DNA of 64,000 nucleotides from Nostoc sp. DedSLP01 (GTDB taxonomy: Bacteria; Cyanobacteriota; Cyanobacteriia; Cyanobacteriales; Nostocaceae), in NCBI GenBank assembly GCA_034530875.2, contig JAVRCJ020000009.1, positions 1 to 64,000 of the forward strand, in the 5' to 3' direction. Below, piece by piece: positions 9,892 to 21,297 of this stretch. The notes beneath the pieces were generated by a model. That model saw only the letters and a program-made list of their open reading frames with translations. It was not told where the DNA came from and ran no database searches. The position numbers and the translations under genes are program-made. Position 1 is the first letter of the stretch. Every line of letters begins with the position of its first letter.

Positions 9892-11444
9892 ACCGCAGAG
9901 GCGTAAAAGCACACAGGAACAGAGATATGGAAAGGTATAAGGGAAAGGGTAAAAGGAAGATGGCTTGGAAAATCCCAAATGGGAAGAAACTTGTTTATGC
10001 GTTATTTGTCGCTTTTGCCTTTTTACTTTTCACTTTTAACTTTTCTCTGGCGGCGACAGCCCAAGCGAAGCATTACACTGAGTTACAATTACCACCGCTA
10101 TCAGAGATTAAGTTACCCAAGTACGAGCGATTTGTGCTGCAAAACGGCTTGGTTGTTTATTTGATGCAGGATCGCGAGTTACCTTTGGTGAAAGGTACGG
10201 CGTTGATAAGAACTGGCAATCGTTTGGAACCCTTGGAGAAAGTTGGATTAGCCGGTTTTACAGGCGCAGTCATGCGGACTGGAGGAACTACAAAGCATTC
10301 GCCAGACGAACTAAATGAGATGTTGGAGCAACGGGCGGCGTCAGTGGAAACTAGTATTAGTGAAACTGTTGGTACTGCTAGCTTTGATGCCCTGAGTGAA
10401 GATTTAGAAACGGTGTTTGGGTTGTTTGCTGAGGTATTGCGATCGCCTGTATTTGCTCAAGAAAAGCTAGATTTGTCGAAAACCCAAGCTAGAGGCGCGA
10501 TTGCGCGGCGCAATGACGATCCAAATGGAATCGCTAATCGAGAATTTCGCAAGTTGCTATATGGCAAAGAAAATCCTTATGGGCGTACCACAGAGTACGC
10601 AACAGTAGATTTAGTTTCCCGTGAGGATTTGCTCAATTTTTATCAGCAATACTTCCACCCGAATAATATGATTTTGGGGATTGTGGGGGATTTCGATCCG
10701 AAAAAAATGCGATCGCTCATTCAAGCAAAGTTTGGTGACTGGAAACCGAACCCCAAAATTGCCAAACCCCAATTACCAGAGGTTGAAGCAGCGAATACTG
10801 GCGGAGTGTTCTTTGTAAATCAGCCGCAACTAACGCAAAGTAGCGTGTTAATTGGACATTTAGGCGGACAGTTCAACAGTCCAGATTATCCAGCGTTGAA
10901 TGTGTTGAACGAGGTGTTAAATGGATTTGGCGGACGCTTATTTAACGAAGTGCGATCGCGTCAAGGTTTAGCTTATTCTGTATACGGCATCTGGAGTCCC
11001 CGTTACGATTATCCAGGAATGTTCATTGCTGGCGGGCAAACGCGATCGGATGCTACAGTGCAGTTTGTCAAAGCCTTACAAGCTGAAATTAAACGCATCC
11101 AAGCTCAAAAAGTAACACCAAAAGAGCTAACTTTCGCCAAAGAATCTACCCTCAACTCCTTTGTATTTAACTTTCAAGACCCCGCCCAAACCTTATCGCG
11201 GTTGATGCAGTACGAATATTACGGTTATCCTGCTGATTTTCTGTTTCGCTATCAAAAAGCCGTCGCCGCCACCACAGCCGCCGACGTGCAACGCGTAGCA
11301 CAAAAATACCTCAAACCAGAAAATATCGTCACCTTAGTAGTGGGTAATCAAACCGCCATCCAACCACCCCTAACACAACTTGCTGCACAGGTAACACCAA
11401 TAGATGTGACAATTCCTAACCCACAATCGCAGGCGAATAAATAA
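9888..11444 (+). CDS. M16 peptidase family, non-catalytic partner subunit
   Basis: RLFNEVRSRQGLAYS M16_C motif and no HxxEH. ATGA overlap with the upstream gene, but the true start may be further downstream. Confidence 0.9.
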   Translation: MNRRGVKAHRNRDMERYKGKGKRKMAWKIPNGKKLVYALFVAFAFLLFTFNFSLAATAQAKHYTELQLPPLSEIKLPKYERFVLQNGLVVYLMQDRELPLVKGTALIRTGNRLEPLEKVGLAGFTGAVMRTGGTTKHSPDELNEMLEQRAASVETSISETVGTASFDALSEDLETVFGLFAEVLRSPVFAQEKLDLSKTQARGAIARRNDDPNGIANREFRKLLYGKENPYGRTTEYATVDLVSREDLLNFYQQYFHPNNMILGIVGDFDPKKMRSLIQAKFGDWKPNPKIAKPQLPEVEAANTGGVFFVNQPQLTQSSVLIGHLGGQFNSPDYPALNVLNEVLNGFGGRLFNEVRSRQGLAYSVYGIWSPRYDYPGMFIAGGQTRSDATVQFVKALQAEIKRIQAQKVTPKELTFAKESTLNSFVFNFQDPAQTLSRLMQYEYYGYPADFLFRYQKAVAATTAADVQRVAQKYLKPENIVTLVVGNQTAIQPPLTQLAAQVTPIDVTIPNPQSQANK

Positions 11445-11530
11445 TACTAATTAGCAAGGCACAAATGTCAGCAGCACTAGTTTATTGCAGACATGATTGG
11501 GGATTACCAATAATATAAATTTCCTAACCT

Positions 11531-11556
11531 TGTAGGGTGGACATTCTGTCCGCCCT
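11531..11556. repeat. GTAG-tagged REP-like palindrome
   Basis: TGTAGGGTGGACA-TTC-TGTCCGCCCT. Confidence 0.55.
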
Positions 11557-12012
11557 TCCTTTGCCTTTATTAATAAAACTATCAAAATTACGATTAACTA
11601 TATCTAATACTTATGCATCTATCTTGAGAGTGAAAATAATTTAAATAACTCATCATGGTAATTAATTGACAAAAATGAAATATGAACTAGTCAAGTTAGA
11701 CTCAAATTAACTCATTCCATAGCTAGGAAAACAACGATCGCACTGATTTTGTTGAATTAGTGTAGAATTTTCAGTCATCAATTATTTGTACTAATGTCTC
11801 AACACTCAAAATATTTAATTCATTCGCGTTACAAAATAACCTGTTATTTATATACTTTACGTAATAGTACATAAATTACATAACTACCTCGATTGCCAGA
11901 GGGTGGTGCGATCGCTTATAAAAGAAAATAGTTAATAAACTTTTTTCAATTGCTTTTTAATGTCAATTGATTTAATAAAAAAAATTCAATATTTTCGAGG
12001 AGAGCATGAAAT

Positions 12013-12306
12013 ATGGATATGCAAGTCCTGAGAGAACGTGCTGGTCTTAGCCGTGCGGAGGTTGCCTTCAGGCTTGCAATCAGTGAAACCAGCGTTCGCA
12101 ACTGGGAAGCTGGGCGTACTGAACCTACAATGACACCAAAAAAATATTTAGATGCTTTGCGTCTGTTTAAATGTACACCTGAAGAGTTAGCAACGGCAAG
12201 TGAAAAGTCAATTAATCAGCGACATAAACGTAAACCAGGTAGACCCAGGCGGTTTGCAGATACTCAAGTAGCTCAAGTAGCCGATTCCGCAGTTTTTAGC
12301 GGATGA
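12013..12306 (+). CDS. XRE-family HTH transcriptional regulator
   Basis: LRERAGLSRAEVA..SVRNWEAGRTEP, with a C-terminal KPGRPRR. Confidence 0.9.
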   Translation: MDMQVLRERAGLSRAEVAFRLAISETSVRNWEAGRTEPTMTPKKYLDALRLFKCTPEELATASEKSINQRHKRKPGRPRRFADTQVAQVADSAVFSG

Positions 12307-12990
12307 CTTAAACTCTGTGAAAGGTCTGTATAAGTAAAACTAGGGTGTAGGGTGTGGGGTGTAGCGAGAAGAAAACATAATTATTTCTCTAGACTGTGCC
12401 GCAAAATTAATAAAATTAGAGGCCTCAGCCAAAATCTACTATTTGTTGAGGCAAGGACAGGGTATGCAGAGGGTTTCCCCACCACCGAATGGTGGAAGCG
12501 TAGCGCGGTCTTTAATAAATGAGGCATTCAACCCTTTAACAATTATCCAATACCCATGAATTTGAGCTTTGATTTTGCTCCTGTGAAGATAAATTTGCCT
12601 CTACCACTGCTGTAAAGAAAGGGATTTTAATCTTGCTTGACAAACTTTCTCATGCCCAATGAAGAAAAAACCAGTAATCTTGTCCGAACTATTTAATGGT
12701 TACTTTTGAGACATGTACTAGAGTATATTTACTGGAATTATTGAATTGGGCAACAACTTTGATTATAGTTGTCTGGCGATTAGTTTCTGCTTGGGAGGAA
12801 AATAGCAATTAAATAGACAGCACAGGAGAAGAGAAATCACAAACAATCAACAAAGAAACTTTTTAGCAATCCTTAAGGTTGATGCCTGGGGCGGTTCGTT
12901 TAAATCTAACTCTAACTAGTGCGATCGCTCACGGTATTTGCCACAGCCACACGATAAAATTCTAAAACCATAATCGTACTAAAGGTCTAA

Positions 12991-13974
12991 ATGGCAGAAA
13001 CACTATTCTTCAACGCCTTGCGTGAAGCCATTGATGAAGAAATGGCGCGTGACTCCAGCGTATTTGTTCTCGGTGAAGACGTAGGACACTACGGCGGCTC
13101 CTACAAAGTTACCAAAGACCTGTACCAAAAGTATGGCGAACTCCGGATTCTAGACACCCCCATCGCTGAAAACAGCTTTACTGGCTTGGCAGTGGGAGCA
13201 GCAATGACTGGGTTGCGCCCCATCATCGAAGGTATGAATATGGGCTTCTTGCTCCTAGCGTTCAACCAAATATCCAACAACGCTGGGATGCTGCGCTATA
13301 CTTCTGGCGGTAACTTCAAAATTCCAATGGTAATTCGCGGCCCTGGAGGTGTAGGACGGCAGCTAGGTGCAGAACATTCCCAACGGCTAGAAACTTACTT
13401 CCAAGCCGTGCCAGGGTTGAAGATTGTTGCCTGTTCCACACCCAGAAACGCCAAAGGACTATTAAAATCCGCTATCCGCGACGATAACCCGGTGTTATTC
13501 TTTGAACACGTTCTGCTTTACAACTTGAAAGAAGACTTACCAGAAGAAGAATACCTGCTCCCCTTAGATAAAGCAGAACTTGTGCGTCAAGGTAAAGATG
13601 TCACAATTATCACTTATTCGCGGATGCGGCATCATGTGCTGCAAGCGGTAAAAACTCTTGAAAAACAAGGATACGATCCAGAAGTTATCGATTTAATATC
13701 TCTCAAACCATTAGATTTTGATACCATTGGTGCATCAGTAAGAAAAACCCATAAAGTCATTGTTGTGGAAGAATCCATGCGTACTGCGGGTATAGGAGCA
13801 GAAGTCATCGCTTCAATTAACGATCGCCTATTCGATGAATTGGATGCACCAGTACTGCGCCTTTCTTCCCAAGATATCCCCACACCTTACAACGGCAATT
13901 TAGAAAGACTAACAATTGTCCAACCAGAGCAAATAGTCGAAGCTGTGGAAAAAATGGTGGCTTTGCGAGTGTAG
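12991..13974 (+). CDS. pdhB: Pyruvate dehydrogenase E1 beta subunit
   Basis: [20 protein letters not shown] and GAEHSQ motifs. Confidence 0.97.
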   Translation: MAETLFFNALREAIDEEMARDSSVFVLGEDVGHYGGSYKVTKDLYQKYGELRILDTPIAENSFTGLAVGAAMTGLRPIIEGMNMGFLLLAFNQISNNAGMLRYTSGGNFKIPMVIRGPGGVGRQLGAEHSQRLETYFQAVPGLKIVACSTPRNAKGLLKSAIRDDNPVLFFEHVLLYNLKEDLPEEEYLLPLDKAELVRQGKDVTIITYSRMRHHVLQAVKTLEKQGYDPEVIDLISLKPLDFDTIGASVRKTHKVIVVEESMRTAGIGAEVIASINDRLFDELDAPVLRLSSQDIPTPYNGNLERLTIVQPEQIVEAVEKMVALRV

Positions 13975-14105
13975 GGAGTAGGGAATAGGGAGTGGGGAGT
14001 AGGGAGGTTGCGAGGTGTGGCAAGGGTAGTAAGTTTTTTATAATTTCCCCATCTTCACTCATACCCTATTTCCCCACTCCCCACTCCCCATTCATAATTC
14101 ATAAC
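13972..14105. repeat. STRR heptamer inverted arrays
   Basis: TAGGGAG/GGGGAGT units followed by complementary CCCCACT units. Confidence 0.75.
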
Positions 14106-14152
14106 TCCACAAAAGAGCGCTATTATAGCCTTTGTCAGTTGCGAGTTATGGT

Positions 14153-15565
14153 ATGCAAAGACAGCGATCGGTATTAATTTTGATTTTAGTTCTGGTAATC
14201 GCCGCGATCGCGGTGATTGCTACGATTCCGATACCTCTTGGACTTGACTTGCGGGGAGGTTCGCAGCTCACAATTCAGGTGAAACCATCAGCGGAAATTC
14301 CCCAAATTACAGAACGAGAATTAGAGGGTGTAAAGAAAGTTGTCGAAGGACGGATTAATGGTTTGGGTGTTTCTGAACCAGTAATTCAAACAGTCGGCGC
14401 AGATAAAATATTAGTACAACTGCCAGGAGTCAACGACCCAGAGCAGGCCGAACGGGTGCTAGGTGGTACGGCACAGTTAGAATTTAAGACGCAAAAACCA
14501 AATACAGAAACTCAACTTTTAGCTTTCCAAACATCGCGAGCTGAATTGAAGCTCAAACAACAAGGGTTAAGAAAAAGCAACGATAAAGCAGCAGTAGCTA
14601 AAAATCAAGAAGATTTACAGAAAAATAATGAAGCGATCGCGGAATTGTTTGAAAGCACCAACCCGCCCTTAATTGGCAAATATCTCAAGGATGCTTATGG
14701 CGAACCCACTCAAGGTAACAATTGGAATGTTGCCATTCGTTTCGACCAAAAGGGTGGTGAATTGTTTGCTCAACTGACAAAAAATCTTGCTGGAACTGGG
14801 CGTAGTATTGGTGTTTTTCTCGACAATGAACTGATCAGCGCTCCTACCGTCGGTATAGAATTTGCCTCTACTGGGATTACTGGAGGTTCAGCCGTGATTA
14901 CCGGTCGCTTTACCGCCCAAGAAGCTAATGATTTAGGCGTACAGCTACGCGGTGGTGCATTACCCGTACCAGTAGAAATTGCAGAGATTCGCACTGTTGG
15001 GGCAACTTTAGGTAAAGACAGTATCACTAGCAGTATTTATGCTGGTATCGGTGGACTGATTTTAGTATTAATTTTTATGGTGGTGTACTATAGACTACCA
15101 GGAGTGATTGCGGACATAGCACTATTGATTTACGCCTTATTGACCTGGGCTACCTTTGCTTTGTTGGGTGTTACCTTGACTCTGCCAGGAATTGCCGGTT
15201 TTATTCTCAGTATTGGGATGGCGGTGGATGCCAACGTACTGATTTTTGAACGGACGCGGGAAGAATTGCAAGCAGGTAAATCCCTTTATCGTTCTGTAGA
15301 ATCTGGTTTTTATCGTGCCTTTTCCAGTATTTTGGACGGCAACGTAACTACAGTCATCGCCTGTGCTGCGCTATTCTGGCTAGGAGCCGGTTTAGTCAAA
15401 GGTTTTGCTCTCACCTTGGCTTTGGGCGTAGCGGTGAGTATGTTTACAGCAATTACCTGTAGTCGCACCTTCATGTTTTTGGCAATTACAATTCCCGCAC
15501 TCAAAAAACCAGAATATTTTTCTCCAAACCTGCCAACATCGAATAAGGCAGAGGTGTCTCAATGA
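14153..15565 (+). CDS. secD: Protein translocase subunit SecD
   Basis: [18 protein letters not shown] and [13 protein letters not shown] motifs. Confidence 0.97.
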   Translation: MQRQRSVLILILVLVIAAIAVIATIPIPLGLDLRGGSQLTIQVKPSAEIPQITERELEGVKKVVEGRINGLGVSEPVIQTVGADKILVQLPGVNDPEQAERVLGGTAQLEFKTQKPNTETQLLAFQTSRAELKLKQQGLRKSNDKAAVAKNQEDLQKNNEAIAELFESTNPPLIGKYLKDAYGEPTQGNNWNVAIRFDQKGGELFAQLTKNLAGTGRSIGVFLDNELISAPTVGIEFASTGITGGSAVITGRFTAQEANDLGVQLRGGALPVPVEIAEIRTVGATLGKDSITSSIYAGIGGLILVLIFMVVYYRLPGVIADIALLIYALLTWATFALLGVTLTLPGIAGFILSIGMAVDANVLIFERTREELQAGKSLYRSVESGFYRAFSSILDGNVTTVIACAALFWLGAGLVKGFALTLALGVAVSMFTAITCSRTFMFLAITIPALKKPEYFSPNLPTSNKAEVSQ

Positions 15566-16548
15566 AACTGAGTATTAACAAATCGCGATCGCTTTGGTGG
15601 GCAATTTCCAGCGCCATCATCCTAGCTGGTATCATCTCAATGGTGATTTCTTGGCAAAACCCCAACATCAAAGCACCCTTACGTCCCAGTTTGGATTTTG
15701 TCGGTGGTACGCGATTGCAATTTGAACGAGATTGTACTAAACCCAGTAACTGCGATCGGCCAATTGATATCAACGTCGTTCGAGAAGTAGCAAAAGCCCA
15801 GGGACTAGGCGATAGCAGCATCCAAATTGTCGCTGATAAAACCACTCGTGCAGAAAACGGTATATTAATTCGCACAAAAAATTTGGATCGCGAACAGCGT
15901 ACCAACTTGCAAAATGCCTTAACCGAAAAAATCGGTGCTTTTGACGACCAAAAAAATCAATTTGACACTGTTGGCCCGACTTTAGGAGGAGAACTCTTTA
16001 GATCTGGGATAATAGCTCTGATCGTTTCCTTTGCAGGTATTATTATTTACTTGAGTTTCCGGTTCCAGCTGGATTATGCGGTGTTTGCCGTCGTTGCGCT
16101 ATTTCATGATGTTTTGATTACCGCAGGGATTTTTTCGATTTTAGGTTTAGTATTAGGCACTGAAGTCGATAGCTTATTTATCGTTGCTTTGCTGACGATT
16201 ACAGGTTTCTCAGTCAACGATACAGTGGTAATTTACGATCGCATTCGAGAAACCCTGAAAATAAATCCCGACGCAGCGATCGCTGATATTGTGGATGATG
16301 CTGTCAACCAAACCCTAGCAAGGTCTATCAACACGACTTTGACAACATTGCTAACATTATCAGCAATCTTTCTGTTTGGCGGAGAAACACTCAAGAATTT
16401 TGCCCTAGCTTTAATTATTGGCTTTACGATGGGAGCTTATTCAAGTATTTTCATCGCCAGTACTCTTTTAACTTTATGGCGAGAACGCACCGAAAAATCT
16501 CAGCCACTAGTTAATACTGGGTCAATTGATACATCTGCTGGTAATTAG
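15562..16548 (+). CDS. secF: Protein translocase subunit SecF
   Basis: LDFVGGT and [16 protein letters not shown] motifs, with an ATGA overlap with secD. Confidence 0.97.
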   Translation: MKLSINKSRSLWWAISSAIILAGIISMVISWQNPNIKAPLRPSLDFVGGTRLQFERDCTKPSNCDRPIDINVVREVAKAQGLGDSSIQIVADKTTRAENGILIRTKNLDREQRTNLQNALTEKIGAFDDQKNQFDTVGPTLGGELFRSGIIALIVSFAGIIIYLSFRFQLDYAVFAVVALFHDVLITAGIFSILGLVLGTEVDSLFIVALLTITGFSVNDTVVIYDRIRETLKINPDAAIADIVDDAVNQTLARSINTTLTTLLTLSAIFLFGGETLKNFALALIIGFTMGAYSSIFIASTLLTLWRERTEKSQPLVNTGSIDTSAGN

Positions 16549-16597
16549 TTATTAGGCAGGGAATAGAGAAAAACTAATGACCAATGACAAATAACTA

Positions 16598-16990
16598 ATG
16601 ACTAATGACAAAGAACAAATCACAACAGACCAATCATTTGCTCAACAAGTAGAAAGGCTATACCAGCTGACAGTATATGGCAGATGGTTATTTGTTAGCT
16701 TTCTATGGCTTACCATTGCGCCTATTTGCTTGTGGGATTTACGTACAGAGATTGCTTTGTGGCAACAATATTTTACTTGGGTAGCAGTGCGATATGGACT
16801 TTTTTATCATCCACTGTCTACCTTTGGTTTAGCCTTTTGTATTGGAATGACCGCTGCTGTATTAGTTTGGCAAAGTCGGAATATCCTACTGGGATTACCA
16901 GAACCAGAAAAACAACGTTTAGAAAAACAAGTTTATCGCATACGTCAGCAAGGCCCGACTCATCCTTTATGGAAATGGGTTTGTAATTAA
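16598..16990 (+). CDS. Conserved cyanobacterial membrane protein
   Basis: 130 aa with two hydrophobic segments and a C-terminal IRQQGPTHPLW. Confidence 0.7.
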   Translation: MTNDKEQITTDQSFAQQVERLYQLTVYGRWLFVSFLWLTIAPICLWDLRTEIALWQQYFTWVAVRYGLFYHPLSTFGLAFCIGMTAAVLVWQSRNILLGLPEPEKQRLEKQVYRIRQQGPTHPLWKWVCN

Positions 16991-17107
16991 ATACTGACGT
17001 AGCTGAATAAATTTGAAAATTGTTGCACATTATGTATACACTTTCAGTAATTTCTAGGAAAATCCGAACTAGAAATAGCTAAAATCCAGCGAATGTGAGT
17101 GCCATAC

Positions 17108-17575
17108 ATGAACAATCCTCAAATTCAATTTAGCGATCGCAAATCTGAAATTGACCTTTATCAACTCCAAGAACTGTTAAACATTTCAGCTTTCTGGGCA
17201 AAAGGCCGTAGTATTGAGGATTTAAGTATAGCCATTGCCAATAGCGAGCCAGTGATTTCTGTCTGGGATAACAACCAGCTCGTTGGCTTTGCTAGAGCAA
17301 CATCTGATGGCATTTATCGCGCTACGATTTGGGATGTTGTGATTCATCCAGAGTATCGAAATAGTGGCTTGGGAACCAATTTAGTGAAAACCGTTTTGAA
17401 TCATCCCCGCATGAGATTAGTTGAACGCGTTTACCTGATGACTACTCACCAAGAGGAATTCTACAAAAAGATTGGTTTCCAGCCCAACAATACGACTACG
17501 ATGGTGTTGCATAACTTAGCTAACCTAAGTTACCTGCCAGATACAGAAGTTGAACTTCAAGAATCTCCGCAATAA
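17108..17575 (+). CDS. GNAT acetyltransferase (Ycf52-like)
   Basis: LVGFARATSDG..ATIWDVVIHPEYRNSGLG and FYKKIGF motifs. Confidence 0.9.
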   Translation: MNNPQIQFSDRKSEIDLYQLQELLNISAFWAKGRSIEDLSIAIANSEPVISVWDNNQLVGFARATSDGIYRATIWDVVIHPEYRNSGLGTNLVKTVLNHPRMRLVERVYLMTTHQEEFYKKIGFQPNNTTTMVLHNLANLSYLPDTEVELQESPQ

Positions 17576-17616
17576 TTTCGATCCCATAGATGAGATTTAC
17601 CAAGTTGGACGTGCGA

Positions 17617-18396
17617 TTATGTACCTCGAATCGAAGCGAGTAAATCATCTACCCACTGTCGATCTGCTTGGGATAGTTTTGGAGAGGGAACGGGCTGGTT
17701 ATAATCAATGCGGAGGTCGTAGCTGCCGCGATCGTAAACACCCAAGACAATAGCTTGTAAATCAACTTCTAATTCCGGCTCGTCTGCTTTCAGGGGTAAC
17801 AAAAAGTTGGGAATTGGCTGAGGCAATTGAAATTCATATAAATCTGCCATTGGGCGAATGGCGGCTCGACTTACTACAATACGATAGTCGCTTGTTTCTT
17901 TCACTCCAATCATCGGCATGGGCGGGTTTTCTCGGAGTAAATCAATTTCAACTAGGTGAGATAAACTGCCCAATACCCGCTGCCGCTTCTTCTGATATGC
18001 AGTTCGCCCTTCGCCTTGGCGCTTATTCTTCGGTGATAACACCTCAATGACGGTAATCACATTATGGGTTCCAACTTCACGCACTTCTAGATAGCGTTCT
18101 TTAACTTCAACTGGTATGGGTAGCTGGATTTGTTTGGGACGAGTTTGGGTAGCGATCGCCACAGATTCTACTGTAGAATTTTTCGAGGTTGTTAGCACAA
18201 TCGCATCTGGAATCCCCACCAGCAATTCCGGGTTGTCATCATCCAGGTAAGTGCGGGTTTCAACAGCAACGTAGTATTTGGGCTGCAAATAAGGGGTAAG
18301 CGCATCAGAAATTGCCACAATCAATCGGTTATGAAACTCGTGCCATAGAGCAGGCAATTCCAGATAGGGGTTCATGCCAGGAAAAGGAGATGGCAT
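17617..18396 (-). CDS. DUF4058 family predicted PD-(D/E)xK nuclease
   Basis: MPSPFPGMNPYLE, IPD, VITVIEVLSPKNK and HLVEIDLLR motifs. Confidence 0.88.
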   Translation of the reverse strand: MPSPFPGMNPYLELPALWHEFHNRLIVAISDALTPYLQPKYYVAVETRTYLDDDNPELLVGIPDAIVLTTSKNSTVESVAIATQTRPKQIQLPIPVEVKERYLEVREVGTHNVITVIEVLSPKNKRQGEGRTAYQKKRQRVLGSLSHLVEIDLLRENPPMPMIGVKETSDYRIVVSRAAIRPMADLYEFQLPQPIPNFLLPLKADEPELEVDLQAIVLGVYDRGSYDLRIDYNQPVPSPKLSQADRQWVDDLLASIRGT

Positions 18397-18476
18397 CCAT
18401 GAAACTCCCACAGTGCAAGGATTTTCATTCAGTATATCCCAATCACCGTCAATCTAGCCTACAACAATTGTGGTTT

Positions 18477-19391
18477 TCAGCACTCAGCAGTAGTAAATAG
18501 AGGAAGAGAAATTTGTATTCTGTTCAGTTCCTGGGATGGTTTATTAGTAATTGGAAAAGGTAGGATTTCTAATTTTCCTTTCATAACTTCCACCAGAGTT
18601 TGATTGATTAATAGCCTCATTCCTGGAGAAAGAGTAGCGTTCTCTAAGTTAGCTAGATTTGCCCCATCTTCAGATTTAATCGAGTCGATTGGCTCACTCC
18701 GATGTATGGCATGGGTTGGTACATCTAACCAAATATTAACAAAATCATTTGTAGAAACAATGCTAGTAGAAATATATATGCTGCCTTCCTCCATCTGACT
18801 AATAGCAATGTCTATTAAACTAACTAATATTTGCCGCAACCAGAGATGATCTGCCAAAACATAAATTTCTGGGTCTGCTGGTAATAATTGCAACTTAAAA
18901 TTGCGATTTGCTGCCAGCATATAAGTTAATTTATGAACCTCTTCCAAAATAGTGGCTAAAGGTCTGGGCTGCATATCTAATTTATTAGTACCATGCTCGG
19001 CTCTGGCAACGTTGAGAATTTCATCCATGAGCTTCAGCAGTTTCAGGGTTCGCTCGTGAGCTTGGACAATAAATTCTCGTTCTTCTTCTGGACTTTCACA
19101 CAGATCTGACAAAATTAACTGATGTAAGCCAATTAAACCATTCAGGGGCGATCGCAATTCATGGGTCGTCCGCGCCAAAAAACCAGCTTTAAACTGGCTC
19201 ATTTCCTTTGCCATCAGGTATGCCAGTTGGGCTTGCTGCATCTGTTGCGATATTGATGGCGTCTGCTGTTGGTCTAAGGGTGCTACTGGGGATAAGCTAG
19301 ATGAAGTGTTTGACGGGCGCACAAATAGCTGACGAATACCCAGACCTAATGCTATTCCTACTCCTAAATATATCCAGTTACTCCAATTCAT
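18477..19391 (-). CDS. Membrane-anchored histidine-kinase-like protein (intact H-box, degenerate ATPase domain)
   Basis: N-terminal TM helix and FLARTTHELRSPLNGLIG H-box. N, G1 and G2 boxes are not recognisable. Confidence 0.8.
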   Translation of the reverse strand: MNWSNWIYLGVGIALGLGIRQLFVRPSNTSSSLSPVAPLDQQQTPSISQQMQQAQLAYLMAKEMSQFKAGFLARTTHELRSPLNGLIGLHQLILSDLCESPEEEREFIVQAHERTLKLLKLMDEILNVARAEHGTNKLDMQPRPLATILEEVHKLTYMLAANRNFKLQLLPADPEIYVLADHLWLRQILVSLIDIAISQMEEGSIYISTSIVSTNDFVNIWLDVPTHAIHRSEPIDSIKSEDGANLANLENATLSPGMRLLINQTLVEVMKGKLEILPFPITNKPSQELNRIQISLPLFTTAEC

Positions 19392-19589
19392 ATTTTGGCA
19401 ATTATTTTAGCTTGTTAATCGATCGCGGCAGCCCAAATCAAAGTTCCTGATTTCTCAGGTGCTGAAACCAGCGAAACAACATTATAACTATCTCAAACTC
19501 GTTCAAGTTGAGAAAGGGAATTTTTCAAAAGGAAACAGGGAATAGCTAAGAGTATAAAATTTGGGAATACAACCTGATTCTGAATAAAC

Positions 19590-19677
19590 TAGTAGCGCTT
19601 CGCGTAATTCGTAATTCCTGTTACGTAACGGTTTTAGACATTTCAAATGGTATGTTTATTTCCGCCGTGCTGTACTA
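19590..19677. mobile_element. MITE-like remnant
   Basis: Bounded by TAGTA...TACTA with internal CGTAATT heptamers. The end TTTATTTCCGCCGTGCTGTACTA resembles dispersed Nostoc MITE ends (recalled, not searched). Confidence 0.4.
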
Positions 19678-19841
19678 AGGGTTTCAAAGTAGAGGCGGTT
19701 TATATCCAGTTATTATCGAAACAATCGGCTATAAAACCTGGCCTTAAAAGGCGAAAAGTTTTTGGAATGGGGTATAAATCCTCGTTACAAAAACGGCCTC
19801 CTGCCTCTTGCCCCCTGCCTCCTGCCTTCGTTATCATTCGA

Positions 19842-20429
19842 TTAATCTAACTCGATCGCACCTTGGCGTAAAATCTGCCAATTAATCCCTGTCCATTTGG
19901 CAACGGTGGAAGGTATACCCAGTCCCAGCATTTCCTCTTGGGATTCTGTCGTTGCTAGAGCGAGAACGTCAGGGAACTGAGCCGCAATTTCAGCCATTGT
20001 TTGCAGAGGCGGCTGACCGGATAAATTAGCGCTAGTGGTAGCAAGAGGGCCTGTTTGTGCCAAAATACTGCGAGCGATCGCGCTGTTTGGTACTCGAATC
20101 CCGATAGTTGTAGGATCGATAGGGTTCATCACTTTTGGTAAACGCTGACTTGCTGGTAATACTAGTGTCAGCGCTCCCGGCCAATATTTATCAGTTAATT
20201 CTTGCCAAACTTTATACTCGTGTTCGCTAGCTTTGACATAAGGCCACAAATCCTCAGCACTCGCAGCCATCAAAATTAAAGGTTTATCCTGACTGCGTTG
20301 CTTCGCCGCAAAAATTAATTCGGCTTTTTCTGGTATCGCCGCCAGCGCAGGAACCGTGTCTGTGGGAAAACTTACCAATAAACCAGTGCGTGCGCCAGCT
20401 ATCAGTTCTTCTAAAGAAACTTGGGTCAT
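19842..20429 (-). CDS. tsaC: Threonylcarbamoyl-AMP synthase (TsaC/YrdC)
   Basis: FPTDT, K.R..DKPL, WPGALTLVL, GIRVP and TSANLSG motifs. Confidence 0.92.
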   Translation of the reverse strand: MTQVSLEELIAGARTGLLVSFPTDTVPALAAIPEKAELIFAAKQRSQDKPLILMAASAEDLWPYVKASEHEYKVWQELTDKYWPGALTLVLPASQRLPKVMNPIDPTTIGIRVPNSAIARSILAQTGPLATTSANLSGQPPLQTMAEIAAQFPDVLALATTESQEEMLGLGIPSTVAKWTGINWQILRQGAIELD

Positions 20430-20453
20430 ATTTTGGAAATTAAAAGTGAGAAA

Positions 20454-21082
20454 TTAAGAGTTAAGGCGTATCCATTGGCGAAATTGTTTAACTAATTCCA
20501 AATAATCTTTTTCCTCCACCTGCTCTAAAAAATGAGAAATCTCTGTTAGTGACAGATTGGGAAATGCTAAACTCTGTGCAACAGATATATATTCCTGATT
20601 TTGTAAAACGTTAATAGTAAAAGTACTGCCATCATATCGCCAGATTTCAGGTACACCCATGTCAGCGTAGACTTGAAAGCGATTCTTAGAGCTGCTAGTA
20701 ATATCAATTTCTACTACTAAATCTGGTGGTGGATCTTGCGTTAAATCTATTCTTTTTTGCCTTTTATGGCATTAATATTTTTAATGTAAAAGCATTCGTC
20801 TGGTTCTGCACCACTCAGTTCTGGACGTTTAAAAGTGGTACAACCAAGGCACTCAATTCTAACTTCTAGTTCTTCTGCGAGAGTTTCGACAAATCGACCT
20901 GCAACTCGTTTGTATCGTTCGTGTTCGGGTGAAGGAACCATGATTTCTAGAGTACCTCGATTGTATGTCAGCCGGAGGCGGCGATTAACACTAAGTTCAG
21001 TCAGCAAATTTTGATATGTTTGCCAACTGATACCCGATAGGTGGATGATTTCTGTAGGTTCAAGCAGTGTGTTGCTAGGCAT
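20454..21082 (-). pseudogene. Uma2 (DUF820) endonuclease, split by a 1-nt frameshift
   Basis: The N-half (ISWQTY..LEIMVPSPEHE..AEPDECFY) stops at KGKKE*. RIDLTQDPPPDLVVEIDITS..MGVPEIWRYDG continues in another frame. One extra A in the A6 run at 20753-20758 restores a 209-aa ORF. Confidence 0.88.
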
Positions 21083-21297
21083 AGCGATATCTGAGTGTGT
21101 CCTCGCCGTACAATAGCTATTTTTAACTTTTACTGTACTTTAAGTTCAATCTTCTATAAACGTAGGTATCCAGTTGCTACAGTCGGGGTGAAAACTACTA
21201 AGCTGGTAAATAGCACGTTTAAACTTTAGCGGAAACTCTGAATCGCATCGATCGGCGGTTCCGACTTACCCATTGGCGAACTACCTGTAATTACATT

